Source: Vulcanimicrobiota bacterium
GTDB lineage: Bacteria > Vulcanimicrobiota > Xenobia > Xenobiales > JADMJV01
Direction: 5' to 3'
Length of the DNA stretch: 64,000 nucleotides
Assembly: GCA_050250895.1 (NCBI GenBank)
Contig: JBFWNU010000006.1
Span: forward strand, 475,720 to 539,719
This document shows positions 39,023 through 48,364 of this stretch, one piece after another. The notes below the pieces were generated by a model that saw only the letters and a program-made list of their open reading frames with translations, did not search any database and was not told the DNA's origin. Within the stretch, counting starts at the first letter, position 1. Each line of letters opens with the position of its first letter. A program made the translations under genes and the position numbers.

Positions 39023-42000
39023 GTGTTCTATTCCGTTAGCACTAACGCCGCCGCCCATAAGTCGGCTCGGCCCCGCCGAGACCAGCCGAATCCAACCGTC
39101 ACCAGCGGCGCTACCGAGCTGCTCGATTCTCGCACCGCTCCCCCCAGCAAGGCCGGTCACGGCGCTGGGGCGACTTGGGACTTGCCCTCAGGCTTTGACC
39201 CGCAACCCGAGGTCAAAGCCCCGGAAGCCAATTCGGGCTTTCACAAACTGGCCTCGGGAGCCGCACTGGCCTTATCGGTGCTGGGCGTCGGGGTGGGTAT
39301 GGTGGGTGCGGCTGCTCCCGCCTATGCCGCTACCAGCCAGAGCCTGACCGCCACGCGCAGCCAGTCTCCGGTGACTTTCAGCGACACCAACGACGTGGTC
39401 AGCAAGTTCGACGGTGTGCATCAGCTGTATGTCAAAGGCAATAGCCTCTCGGCGGCCGAGATGGCCAAGCTGCAAAAAATTCTCAAGGACTACCCCAACA
39501 TTTATGTCGTCTTGATGGACTACACGGCTGACGTGCAGTCGGCCGACTACACCGTCAGCCGCGGCATCGGCAACAGCCAGGCCTTCCAGGACGTGCGCAA
39601 CGAGGTCACCGGTGAAAAAGAAGCGGCCGTGTTCATGGTCTACTTCGACAGCAACCAGGGCCGCAAGATCTTCATGCGCTCCGAAGAGTTGCCCGACAAA
39701 GCCGGAGTCGGCGACCCCGATTTCGCGGTCAACGGCCAACCGGCCAAGCTGCTGCGGACCTTCCTGCGAGCCCGCGACGCGGGCAAAGATTTTCCGGGAA
39801 TGCTCGAGGATGTCTTTAAAGAGGTCGACTCGGGCGTCAATAACTATGTGAATAATCTGGTCAACGGAGCCCGCGATGGCATCTCGTCGGCCCAGACCCA
39901 GCTGACCTCGGCCCGCCAGAAGGTGGCCGAGTTTCAGAAGGAGCACGGCAAGAACCAGTCCGTCGGACACCCTGACCTCGAAGCCTGGTCGGGTCGCCTG
40001 GAACGGGCCAGGGCTGCTCTGGCCGCCAAAGACTTCGCGGGAGCGCGTAGCCTGGCTCAGAGCCTGCAGCGCGACATCCAGAATGAACTCTCCGCCATCG
40101 GCAGTTTCGAGCAAAGCCTGTCCTCGGCCCAACAGGTGGTCGATCAAGCCGAGCGCAAACTCGAAGAGGGCAAAGACGCCGTTAAAGCCTTTCAGCGCAG
40201 CGAAGGCAAAGGTGGCAGCCTGGGCAGCCCGGATGTGGCCGGTTGGGAAGGCCAGCTCAAGCAAGCGCGAGAAGCGCTCAGCCGCGGGAGCTTCGCCGAC
40301 GCTCGCAGCCTGGCCAATAACCTGGTCACCACCATCAGTATCTATCGCCAGAATGTGGCCGAGTTCCAGGCCGCCCAGACCACCGCGACCGCGGTGGAAG
40401 CCGATCTGGCCAAGCTGCAGGCCGAACTCGATACGCTCCCCGACAACAGCAAAGGCCAACAGGCCCGCCAACTTTACGCCCAGGCAAAAGAACACTTCGC
40501 GGACTATCAACGCCTTCACGACGGCAAAGAGAACGGCTATGCCTCGCCCCTGGCCGTGGCCCGCCAAGAGGTCGCTGAAGGATTAGAGCAGGCCTCGGCC
40601 TCGCGGGCCGAAGCCGAGGCCACCAAGAAGGCCATCATCATCGGCTCGACGGCGGTGACGGTCGGCATCGTCGCCCTCGGGGTCTTCGCCAACTATCGAG
40701 CCCGCCAGAAGCGCAAAGAGGCCAACCAGGCCCTCGAGAACGCTACCGCCGACATCAGCGCTCGCACCCAGGCCCTGGTCGCCTTGATGGACGAGGCCGA
40801 CTATCAGTCGATCGCCCGCTACAGTGGCAAGACCGAGAAGATGGCCAAGGACCTGATCGAGAACGTGACCGACGCCCTGACCCTGGTGGGTGGCGCCGAG
40901 AAGTTTCTCTCTGAGGCCGAAGCCCTGATCCAGCCCAAGAGCTTGAAGAACCTTTTCTTGACCGGCAACTATGAAAAGGGCATCGCCCTGTTGACCGACC
41001 CCGAGACCCGCCTGGATTTCAACTTCGAAGACAGCTCGCGAGCCGTCATGGACAAGGGCAGCAAAGCCGAATCGTGGCGCGACGAACTGCTGCGCAAGGG
41101 GGCCTCGCGCGAGTTCAAAAAGTCGCTCTATGAGGTGTTGCTGGCCATGGCCGAAAAGCGCGACACCGCCCGCGGTCTGCTCGACGAGATCACTTCCAAG
41201 AACGCCGAGATCACGAAGTTCCTCGACAGCGTCGAGGCGGCGGCCAGAGCGGCCGAAGAGCACTCGCGCGCTTTGCAAGAGTCGGGCCAGAAGGACCAGC
41301 TCTTTACCGCCCCGTCGGTCACCGAGAACTTGCTGCCGATGGTCAGCGGCCCAGCCCAAGAAGGCGGCTTGATCGCCCGTGGACGCGATATCAAAGAGTC
41401 GGACCCGGTCCGGGCCTGGGACGAGTTCGCCACCCCGGCCAGGCGGATGACCGGCGAGGCCGAGGGCGTGGTCGATCTAGGCAACTACAGTCGCGGCACT
41501 TTGCTGCCGACGCTGGTTCAGGCCGACGCGGCTCTCCATCCCCATCAGGTGGACACCAAATGGGCCCACCAGGCCACCGGCAAGCTTTCGGACCGGCTCG
41601 ACGACACGGCCGACACCGCCCTGCGCGTCTCGATCCAACAGCCGCTGGCGACTATCCGCCAGGAGGTGGATTCCCTGGTCGGCCAGGTCAAGACGGTGGT
41701 TCGTCAGGATCGTGAGCGTCGCGAGGTTGCCCCCGGCTTGATCAGCGGTGCCGAAGATGACGTGTCCACCGCCCGCAGCCAGATTGACGAAAAGCTCAAG
41801 GCGATGGGCCATTTTGCCAAAGGAAACCCGCAAGAAGTTTTGCGCGAGCCGGGTCTTGACCCCACCGACCGCACCCAGAAGGCCCATCAACATCTCGATT
41901 CCATCAAGCCGTTGCTCGACCGGGGCGATACCGCCACCGCCCAGAGACACCTGGACGGAGTTCGCTCTCAATCCGCCGAGGCCCACCAGATCGTGGCCGA

Positions 42001-43198
42001 CACGCGCAGCGCCCTGTCTGCCTATCCGGCCACTCTTAACGAGCGTCAGACCCGCACGCAAAGCATCGACGACAGCGTCGAGAGCGTCTATGCTCCCAGT
42101 CTTGATCGCATCAAACAGACCTATGTCCCCGAGGTGTTGCAGTTGATCGCTGGCGAGGTCAACTCGGGCGAGACCATCACCGACGACATTCCTAATGCCG
42201 ACAAGCTGTTGGCCAGGGCTCGCAAAGAGACCCAGGTGGCCGTGGGCCACTTCGATCAAGCTTATCTGCTCACTGCCCGTGACGACCTCAACGTGGTCGA
42301 TGGCACCCTCAAGGTCGCCCAGAATGAGCTGGATTCGGTGACCGGAGCCGAACAGTTGCTGGGCCAGAAGCAGCAGGCTGTCGAGAGTGAATTGAGATCG
42401 CTCGACAGTCGCCTGGGCCAGACCCGCCAACACGCTGGCGAGCACTACGTGCGCCGGCGCGCCAAGGAGCTGCTCGGCCAGGCCGAGCGGGCTGTCGGCT
42501 CGGCCCGCGTCGAGGTCGAACAGACCCCTCGCAACCCTTTTGCTGCCAAAACTTCGCTGGCTAGCGCCGAAGGCAGCCGCCAAGCCTGTGAGAGCGCCAT
42601 TGCGGCCGACCACCAGGCTTACACCTCGGCCGACTCGCGCATCGACAGCGCCGCCTCGGAGATCTCTAGCGCGGAATCAACCATCAGTTGGGCCCTGCGG
42701 CAGAACTGGAGCTATTCCTCGTCACAGGGTAGTGCCCACGAGTCGGTCGATCGTTCTGACCTTTCCTCGGCCTACAGCGCCCTCTCCTCGGCCGAATCGG
42801 CTCTGTCTTCGGCCCGCGGCCAAATGAACGGCCAGGGTTATGAAGAGGCCGAAAGTGAAGCTTCCCGCGCCATTAGCCACGCCAAGAACGCCGATAGCGA
42901 GGCTCGTTCGGCCGTCAATCGAGCTGAAAGCCGGTTCGAGGCCGAGAAAGCCCGCATCAAACACCTGGAATACCTTGAGGAGCAGCGTCGGCTCGAAGAA
43001 GAGCGACGCCGCCGTGAACAGCAAGAAGCCGAAGAACGCCGGCGTCGTGAAGAGCAGGAAGCCGAAGATCGACGACGCCGGGAAGAAGAGCAACGCCGCC
43101 GTGACGAGGAAAATCGCAACAGTGGCGGCGGCTCGGGTTCGTCGGGAGGCGGCTGGTCCGGTGGCGGAGGCAGCGGCTCAAGTGGAGGAAGCTGGTAA
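39023..43198 (+). CDS. 1391-aa membrane-anchored coiled-coil protein with Gly/Ser-Trp tail
   Basis: hydrophobic segments near aa 80-100 and ~540-560, long heptad-rich regions, EEERRRR tract, terminal GGGWSGGGGSGSSGGSW. Confidence 0.8.
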   Translation: MFYSVSTNAAAHKSARPRRDQPNPTVTSGATELLDSRTAPPSKAGHGAGATWDLPSGFDPQPEVKAPEANSGFHKLASGAALALSVLGVGVGMVGAAAPAYAATSQSLTATRSQSPVTFSDTNDVVSKFDGVHQLYVKGNSLSAAEMAKLQKILKDYPNIYVVLMDYTADVQSADYTVSRGIGNSQAFQDVRNEVTGEKEAAVFMVYFDSNQGRKIFMRSEELPDKAGVGDPDFAVNGQPAKLLRTFLRARDAGKDFPGMLEDVFKEVDSGVNNYVNNLVNGARDGISSAQTQLTSARQKVAEFQKEHGKNQSVGHPDLEAWSGRLERARAALAAKDFAGARSLAQSLQRDIQNELSAIGSFEQSLSSAQQVVDQAERKLEEGKDAVKAFQRSEGKGGSLGSPDVAGWEGQLKQAREALSRGSFADARSLANNLVTTISIYRQNVAEFQAAQTTATAVEADLAKLQAELDTLPDNSKGQQARQLYAQAKEHFADYQRLHDGKENGYASPLAVARQEVAEGLEQASASRAEAEATKKAIIIGSTAVTVGIVALGVFANYRARQKRKEANQALENATADISARTQALVALMDEADYQSIARYSGKTEKMAKDLIENVTDALTLVGGAEKFLSEAEALIQPKSLKNLFLTGNYEKGIALLTDPETRLDFNFEDSSRAVMDKGSKAESWRDELLRKGASREFKKSLYEVLLAMAEKRDTARGLLDEITSKNAEITKFLDSVEAAARAAEEHSRALQESGQKDQLFTAPSVTENLLPMVSGPAQEGGLIARGRDIKESDPVRAWDEFATPARRMTGEAEGVVDLGNYSRGTLLPTLVQADAALHPHQVDTKWAHQATGKLSDRLDDTADTALRVSIQQPLATIRQEVDSLVGQVKTVVRQDRERREVAPGLISGAEDDVSTARSQIDEKLKAMGHFAKGNPQEVLREPGLDPTDRTQKAHQHLDSIKPLLDRGDTATAQRHLDGVRSQSAEAHQIVADTRSALSAYPATLNERQTRTQSIDDSVESVYAPSLDRIKQTYVPEVLQLIAGEVNSGETITDDIPNADKLLARARKETQVAVGHFDQAYLLTARDDLNVVDGTLKVAQNELDSVTGAEQLLGQKQQAVESELRSLDSRLGQTRQHAGEHYVRRRAKELLGQAERAVGSARVEVEQTPRNPFAAKTSLASAEGSRQACESAIAADHQAYTSADSRIDSAASEISSAESTISWALRQNWSYSSSQGSAHESVDRSDLSSAYSALSSAESALSSARGQMNGQGYEEAESEASRAISHAKNADSEARSAVNRAESRFEAEKARIKHLEYLEEQRRLEEERRRREQQEAEERRRREEQEAEDRRRREEEQRRRDEENRNSGGGSGSSGGGWSGGGGSGSSGGSW

Positions 43199-43199
43199 A

Positions 43200-44648
43200 A
43201 TGAAAATCACCCCCTACGCAAATACGGCCATCCGTCCTAATCTGGCCAGCCAGGCGGCTCCCCAGCCGCCCAACGAGCCGGTGGACCAGGTGGACACCCC
43301 CAAAGACAACCAGAGTGAGGCGGCCGACTTCGCCCGTTTCGCCACGGGCGGTCTGGTGGGACTCGGTCTGGGCATCGCGGCCCTGTACGCGGGCACCCTG
43401 GGCGGGGCCGCCCTGGGCGCGGCCGTGGGCGGAGGCTTCGGGCCGGTGGTGGCCTCGGTGGCCAGTCACGGCACGCTGGGCTTTATCGGCACTACCTTTG
43501 CCACGGCCGGCGTAATGACCAAGGTCGGCATCGTGGCTGGCGGTATCACCGGCCTGGTGGGGGCTTTCGATATCGGCCGGCGCATCGGCCACGGCATCTC
43601 GGACACCATCAAGATGGCCTCGGGTAAAGCCGACCCTCACGATTTGCGACGGCAAGCCAAACCACTCTCGGGCAAGACCCAGGTGCTGGCCTCGGGCATC
43701 ACCGGGGTTGGGGCTGTGGCTGGCGGTCTGGGGGGCTTCTTTGGCGGAGCCGCCATCGGCGGTATCTCGGGCCTGGCCACCGGTTCAGGAATGGGGGCCG
43801 CGGCCGGCATCGGAGGATTGGCCGGCGGTCTGGCCTTCGCGGTGATGGGTGGCTGGGGTGGCTATCAGGTCGCCAAAGGCATTACTCACGCTGGTGGCGC
43901 GGCCGCGAAGGTGGCCGGCAAAGCGGTGGGTCCGCTGCTGGGGACCCGCTACAAGCGGGTCGAAACCCTCGAGCAGGAAGAGACCAAGCAGGCCCAACGC
44001 ACCAAGCAAATCGAGCGCGAAGCCTGGACGCTCGAGCGCCGCGAGATCGACGCCAAGAACGCCTTTGACTCGGCGATGGGCGGGATCAACGGCGAGTTGG
44101 ACGAGGCCCGCGGCAAACTCGACAAGTTGGCCGACGAGGTGGAAGGCAAAGCCCAGGTCAAGTTCCAGGCGGCGCATCCTGATCTGGCTACTCAGCGTCA
44201 GGACCTGACCGCCAGAGAAGAGCGGCTGACCACCCAGACGGCCCAGCTCGACACCGAGCAGGCCGCCCTCGATGCGACCCTCAATAGTCGAGCCGAGATT
44301 CGCACCCGTGAGCAGAAGAAGGCCATCGAGGCCGACTTCGCCGCCAAGAACGCCGCGCTTGACCCGCGCGAAGCCACCATCGCCGAGCAAGAGGCGGCCA
44401 TGAAGAAAGAGGCCCGTCAGCAAGCAGCTCCAGAGCTGGCTCGCAAGAGCGCCGACCTGCGCCGTGAACTGGTCACCGCCCGAGAGGATGAGACCCGCGC
44501 CGTGGGCTTCCGCGATGCCGTCGAAAAGGTCGGTCAATCGACCGCCCAACGAAGGGCTGATGCCGAAGCCGAATTCAAGAAAGCCGAAGCTGACCACGAC
44601 TACTGGCAGCGCGTGCTCGAACAGGTCAAGAAGGGCGAGGAAGCGTAA
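43200..44648 (+). CDS. glycine-zipper membrane protein with C-terminal coiled coil
   Basis: ATG 1 bp after upstream stop; two GxxxG-rich hydrophobic blocks, then charged coiled coil. Confidence 0.8.
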   Translation: MKITPYANTAIRPNLASQAAPQPPNEPVDQVDTPKDNQSEAADFARFATGGLVGLGLGIAALYAGTLGGAALGAAVGGGFGPVVASVASHGTLGFIGTTFATAGVMTKVGIVAGGITGLVGAFDIGRRIGHGISDTIKMASGKADPHDLRRQAKPLSGKTQVLASGITGVGAVAGGLGGFFGGAAIGGISGLATGSGMGAAAGIGGLAGGLAFAVMGGWGGYQVAKGITHAGGAAAKVAGKAVGPLLGTRYKRVETLEQEETKQAQRTKQIEREAWTLERREIDAKNAFDSAMGGINGELDEARGKLDKLADEVEGKAQVKFQAAHPDLATQRQDLTAREERLTTQTAQLDTEQAALDATLNSRAEIRTREQKKAIEADFAAKNAALDPREATIAEQEAAMKKEARQQAAPELARKSADLRRELVTAREDETRAVGFRDAVEKVGQSTAQRRADAEAEFKKAEADHDYWQRVLEQVKKGEEA

Positions 44649-44652
44649 AATC

Positions 44653-46158
44653 ATGAAAGTTGTAGCATTCAGAGCCAGCACCCCTACCCCCGCGCCTGCC
44701 CGGCCCGAAACAGTCAAACAACCGCTGGGCTCGCAGGTTAAGGAAGAGGCCGATCAGACTTCCATCGCCTTCGGTGATGTCACCGGGACCATCGTGGGTG
44801 GCGTTGCCGGCACGGCCCTGGCCGTCGGCTCGCTCTATGCGGGCGTGCTCGGTGGCGCGGCTGTCGGAGCCGCCTTCGGTGGCGGCATCGGGCCGATGGT
44901 AGCCGCCGTCAGCTCCCACGGCGCGCTCGATTTCATCGGCACCTCGTTTGCCACCGCCAGCCCGTTCATTCGAGTGGGCATGGTGTTGGGAGGCCTGGCT
45001 ACCGCCGCTGGTGCCTGGACCCTGGGCGAGAAGGTCGGCCGGGCCGTGGGCCGTCTGCCGGGCCGGGGCGTTGGCTATGCAGTGGGCGCGGGCAAAGGCG
45101 CTCTCAACAACGCTCTGGGCATACCGGCTCCCATCCCGGCTCCCGCCGAAGAAATCAAAGCCAAGCGCAATGTCGTGTTGTCAAAACCGTTACAGGGTGT
45201 CGCCTATGCCCTTTCGGGCGTGGGTGCTCTGTCGGGCATCGCTGGTGGTGCGCTGCTAGGCGCCGGCCTGATGGCCGCCGGGGGAGCCGTTACCGGTCTT
45301 TCGGCGGGCAATCTCACCTGGGGCGCCATCACCGGGGCCGCCAAACTGGGCGCTATTGTTGGTGGCCTGGGTGTGGGAGCCGCCGGAGCCGTGGGCGGAT
45401 ACCAGTTCGTGCGTGGGATGAAGGCCGCTGTCGAGGGTAGTGAGGTGGCCCAACGCTGGCTCTTGCTCGACAAGCGCGAAGAGGAATTGGTCGAAAACGC
45501 TATCAAGCTCGACAAACTGGCCGAGAAGAACGAGAAGAAGGCCGCTCAGGCCCAGACCGTGGATGCGGAGCGGGCAAGCCTTCTCGACCAGGCCCGCCAG
45601 AATCTGGACAAGATTCAAGACGAGCTGCGCTTTAACGCCGAGCACAAAAACTCCATGGTCGACCTGCGCGCCGACGAGTTGTTCAAGCACGAGTCCAGCG
45701 CGCTGGTCAGTGACCGCGCCGCGCTCGAAGAACGCGAGGCTGCCTACACCGAACGCCGAGCCAAAGTTGACCACGACACGGCCAACCTCGACGCCGCCGT
45801 CGAAGAGCGCAGCCGCCAGATGGTGGGCAACCTGGAGGGCGAACTGCAGGGTCGTTTGACCGAACGCACCGAGGCTCTCGATGCTCGCCAGGCCAAGCTT
45901 GACGGATTTCGTCAGGATCCCAGTCAGGTGGTGGCCGAGGTGGTCGACGAGATTCTGGCGCCCCAACGCCAGGAGATCGCCGACGTGCGGGCCAACATCG
46001 AGAAGGTCAACGCCGAAAAGGATGGGCTGAAGGCCAGGACCACGGCCGACGCGGCGGCCATAGAAGATCTCAAGCGCAACACCAACCGGGTGCGGCGCGA
46101 GACCGACATCACCAAGCTCGAAGTCCGCAAGTACCGGCAACGTCACGGCGAAGAATAG
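44653..46158 (+). CDS. glycine-zipper membrane protein with C-terminal coiled coil (paralog of upstream gene)
   Basis: shares LYAGxLGGAAxGAAxGGGxGPxVAxVxSHGxLxFIGTxFATA with 43200-44648. Confidence 0.8.
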   Translation: MKVVAFRASTPTPAPARPETVKQPLGSQVKEEADQTSIAFGDVTGTIVGGVAGTALAVGSLYAGVLGGAAVGAAFGGGIGPMVAAVSSHGALDFIGTSFATASPFIRVGMVLGGLATAAGAWTLGEKVGRAVGRLPGRGVGYAVGAGKGALNNALGIPAPIPAPAEEIKAKRNVVLSKPLQGVAYALSGVGALSGIAGGALLGAGLMAAGGAVTGLSAGNLTWGAITGAAKLGAIVGGLGVGAAGAVGGYQFVRGMKAAVEGSEVAQRWLLLDKREEELVENAIKLDKLAEKNEKKAAQAQTVDAERASLLDQARQNLDKIQDELRFNAEHKNSMVDLRADELFKHESSALVSDRAALEEREAAYTERRAKVDHDTANLDAAVEERSRQMVGNLEGELQGRLTERTEALDARQAKLDGFRQDPSQVVAEVVDEILAPQRQEIADVRANIEKVNAEKDGLKARTTADAAAIEDLKRNTNRVRRETDITKLEVRKYRQRHGEE

Positions 46159-46234
46159 CACCCTGCCGCGCCGAGGCAGATGTTTACAACCTGATAGCCT
46201 GTTAGGCCTGGCTTCGCGTTAGGTTCAACAGGCT

Positions 46235-47002
46235 ATGCTCATGAATGCCTTGATCGCCCCGGCCCTGCGGGCCGCCCAACTCCAGATTGGTCGAGAGAAA
46301 CCAGCCCCCGAGAAGGAATCGCTCATCCGCGATATGGTGCGCTCGGCCCCTGATCAGGACTGCGTCGAAGACGTGGTAGAGGCGCTCAGCGCCTACCCTG
46401 TCGAGGCCTTGCGTCGGGTTCACGACTACGGCACCAAAGTCGAGGTCTATGATTTCGACCAGGGGGATGCCGTGCCCGAATACCTTCCCACCCTGGCTAA
46501 CCCCAACACGTTGGGGGCCTACAACACCCAGGCGAACGTGCTCGGACTCGACCGCGACAACCTGGCGCCATTTGTCCTGCTCCACGAGTTCGCCCACGCC
46601 CTGGATGCCTCCCTGGGCGACCTCAGCGAAACCCCGGACTGGAAGGGCGCCCATCGCTTTGCCGAGGCTACCAATCGGGTGGTGCGGCCTTATGCCAAGC
46701 ACGACTCGGCCGAGTATCTGGCCGAGAACACGGCCGCCTATCTGATCGCCGACGACTCGCTGTTGCCACTGATCGAACGCGGACTAGAAGAGCAGCTTGG
46801 CACCGAGGGTTTGACCGAGCACGAGTATCTGCAGATGAATCAGAACTTCTGCAACGGTCGCCTCCAGCGTATCGATCCCGACGGACACCGTCTGGTCGAG
46901 CACATGTTGGAGGCGGCCGACGAGATGCCGCCGGTACCGGCCCGCCCGGCCATGACCGGCGAACAGTGGCACATCTGGCAGCAACAACATCGGGCCGCCT
47001 AG
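46235..47002 (+). CDS. zinc metallopeptidase, anthrax lethal factor catalytic-domain (ATLF)-like
   Basis: LGAYN, VLLHEFAHALD, LSETPDW, YAKHDSAEYLAE (HExxH...Y...E pattern). Confidence 0.7.
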   Translation: MLMNALIAPALRAAQLQIGREKPAPEKESLIRDMVRSAPDQDCVEDVVEALSAYPVEALRRVHDYGTKVEVYDFDQGDAVPEYLPTLANPNTLGAYNTQANVLGLDRDNLAPFVLLHEFAHALDASLGDLSETPDWKGAHRFAEATNRVVRPYAKHDSAEYLAENTAAYLIADDSLLPLIERGLEEQLGTEGLTEHEYLQMNQNFCNGRLQRIDPDGHRLVEHMLEAADEMPPVPARPAMTGEQWHIWQQQHRAA

Positions 47003-47005
47003 CGG

Positions 47006-47602
47006 CTACTCGAGATGGATGGCCGCGGTGCGGGCCAGCACGCAGCCCAGCGCCACCAGATGCAGGGTCGGGGCGATTCCCGGCAGGCAGGCCGAGGCGA
47101 TGACGGCGGCGCCCTTGCCAATCTGCATGGCACCGGCAAAGGCTCGAATAGCTTTGTTCTGTTCGTGAGCGTGGCGAATGTCGTTGGCGCCAACGGCCAA
47201 CTCGGTGAGGCCGTGCACGCCCTCAAAGGCCGCGATGGCCAGTCCACCCGGGTGGTGGCCGTGACCCAGCGCCAGACTGACGGCGGCCATGCCGGCGGTA
47301 GCTGCCATGGCCAGGTGACCCACGCCCTCAATCTTGTCGAGGCGCGATTCGGAGCGAACTTTAGCCACTCCCCAGGCCAGCCCACCCAAACCGACCACGG
47401 CGGCGACGCCAAGGCCTACACCGGCCGGGAGATGATGGTCGAAGGCGACTTCGCTGCCCACATGCAGCAACTCGAGACCTTGCAGAGCCAGGGGGTTCTC
47501 TCCGCCGAGAGTATGTTCGGGGGCCAGGCTCTTGAAGAGGGGGGGAAGCCGAGGCTCGACCCACTGACGGTGTTGATACTGAAAGGCCGAAGCGATTTTC
47601 AC
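47006..47602 (-). CDS. hypothetical Gly/Ala/His-rich membrane protein
   Basis: 198-aa ORF with 3-4 hydrophobic segments. Confidence 0.65.
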   Translation of the reverse strand: MKIASAFQYQHRQWVEPRLPPLFKSLAPEHTLGGENPLALQGLELLHVGSEVAFDHHLPAGVGLGVAAVVGLGGLAWGVAKVRSESRLDKIEGVGHLAMAATAGMAAVSLALGHGHHPGGLAIAAFEGVHGLTELAVGANDIRHAHEQNKAIRAFAGAMQIGKGAAVIASACLPGIAPTLHLVALGCVLARTAAIHLE

Positions 47603-47663
47603 GGGTCGATCAAATCACCGACCGACCCGGCGATCCTTTCCGACGTGTAAACCAAAGGCCAGG

Positions 47664-47708
47664 CAAAAAAAAAGCGCCCATCCTGTTGCGGCTACAGGAA
47701 CGGGACGC
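47664..47708 (-). terminator. intrinsic terminator (orphan)
   Basis: minus strand GCGTCCCGTTCCTGT-AGCCGCA-ACAGGATGGGCGC followed by T10. Confidence 0.65.
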
Positions 47709-48364
47709 GGGCTACGGGCGTGGCGTGTTGGAAATTCTCGTTTTTTTGGTGCCGCTTAGAGCTTTATCAACCTCTGTTCTAAATGTATCGAAAATGTTTA
47801 GACGATTCTGTGTGCTAGTTCACATCCTGGCGATCTCGACCAGCGTGCAACCTCGAGTTAACATCCCGGCCTGCCCCCTCGTTCCGGGAGAAACATCCCC
47901 AGAAGTCCACAGCGAAATTGGCTTCAAATCACAGTTTTACCACAAGGAATTCACACCGGAACGACGGAACGAAGGTCCAAGATTTGGGAGGATTGTTTCG
48001 TCATGTTTCGCAGATTGCCACTTTTACAGAAGACCACCTTTACCGGCCGGGAGGGCAACGTTGCGCCGCCGGCCGCGGGTGGCCGGGTCCACATGGTCGT
48101 CGGGGTGGGACCCGTCGCCCGTCACGCGGATTGCGTCTCTGAGAGCCTGGCCCGGCTCAAGCGTTCGGCCGGCATCTACTACCGCCTGGCTTCGATGTCG
48201 GTCAAGCTCGACGATTAGGTTGGTGTGCGACTCGCCAGGGGGGCGCTCGTTTGAAAACCGCCGAGGTCGCCGAGACGCAGAGGAGTCGGAGGGGCGCTCT
48301 GTCTGCGCCCACCTCCATGTTCAACCTCGAAAGGGCACCGACCTGATCGCCAACGTCTCGAGCT

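Noticed and set aside
42840-43199. N-terminal extension of the 602-aa ORF
   Set aside because: Overlaps the upstream gene's E/R tract in another frame; ATG 43200 directly follows the upstream stop.
11079-47653. GTTTACA upstream of three accessory genes as a shared regulator site
   Set aside because: A 7-mer resembling a generic -35 box with inconsistent spacing; not supportable without genome-wide statistics.
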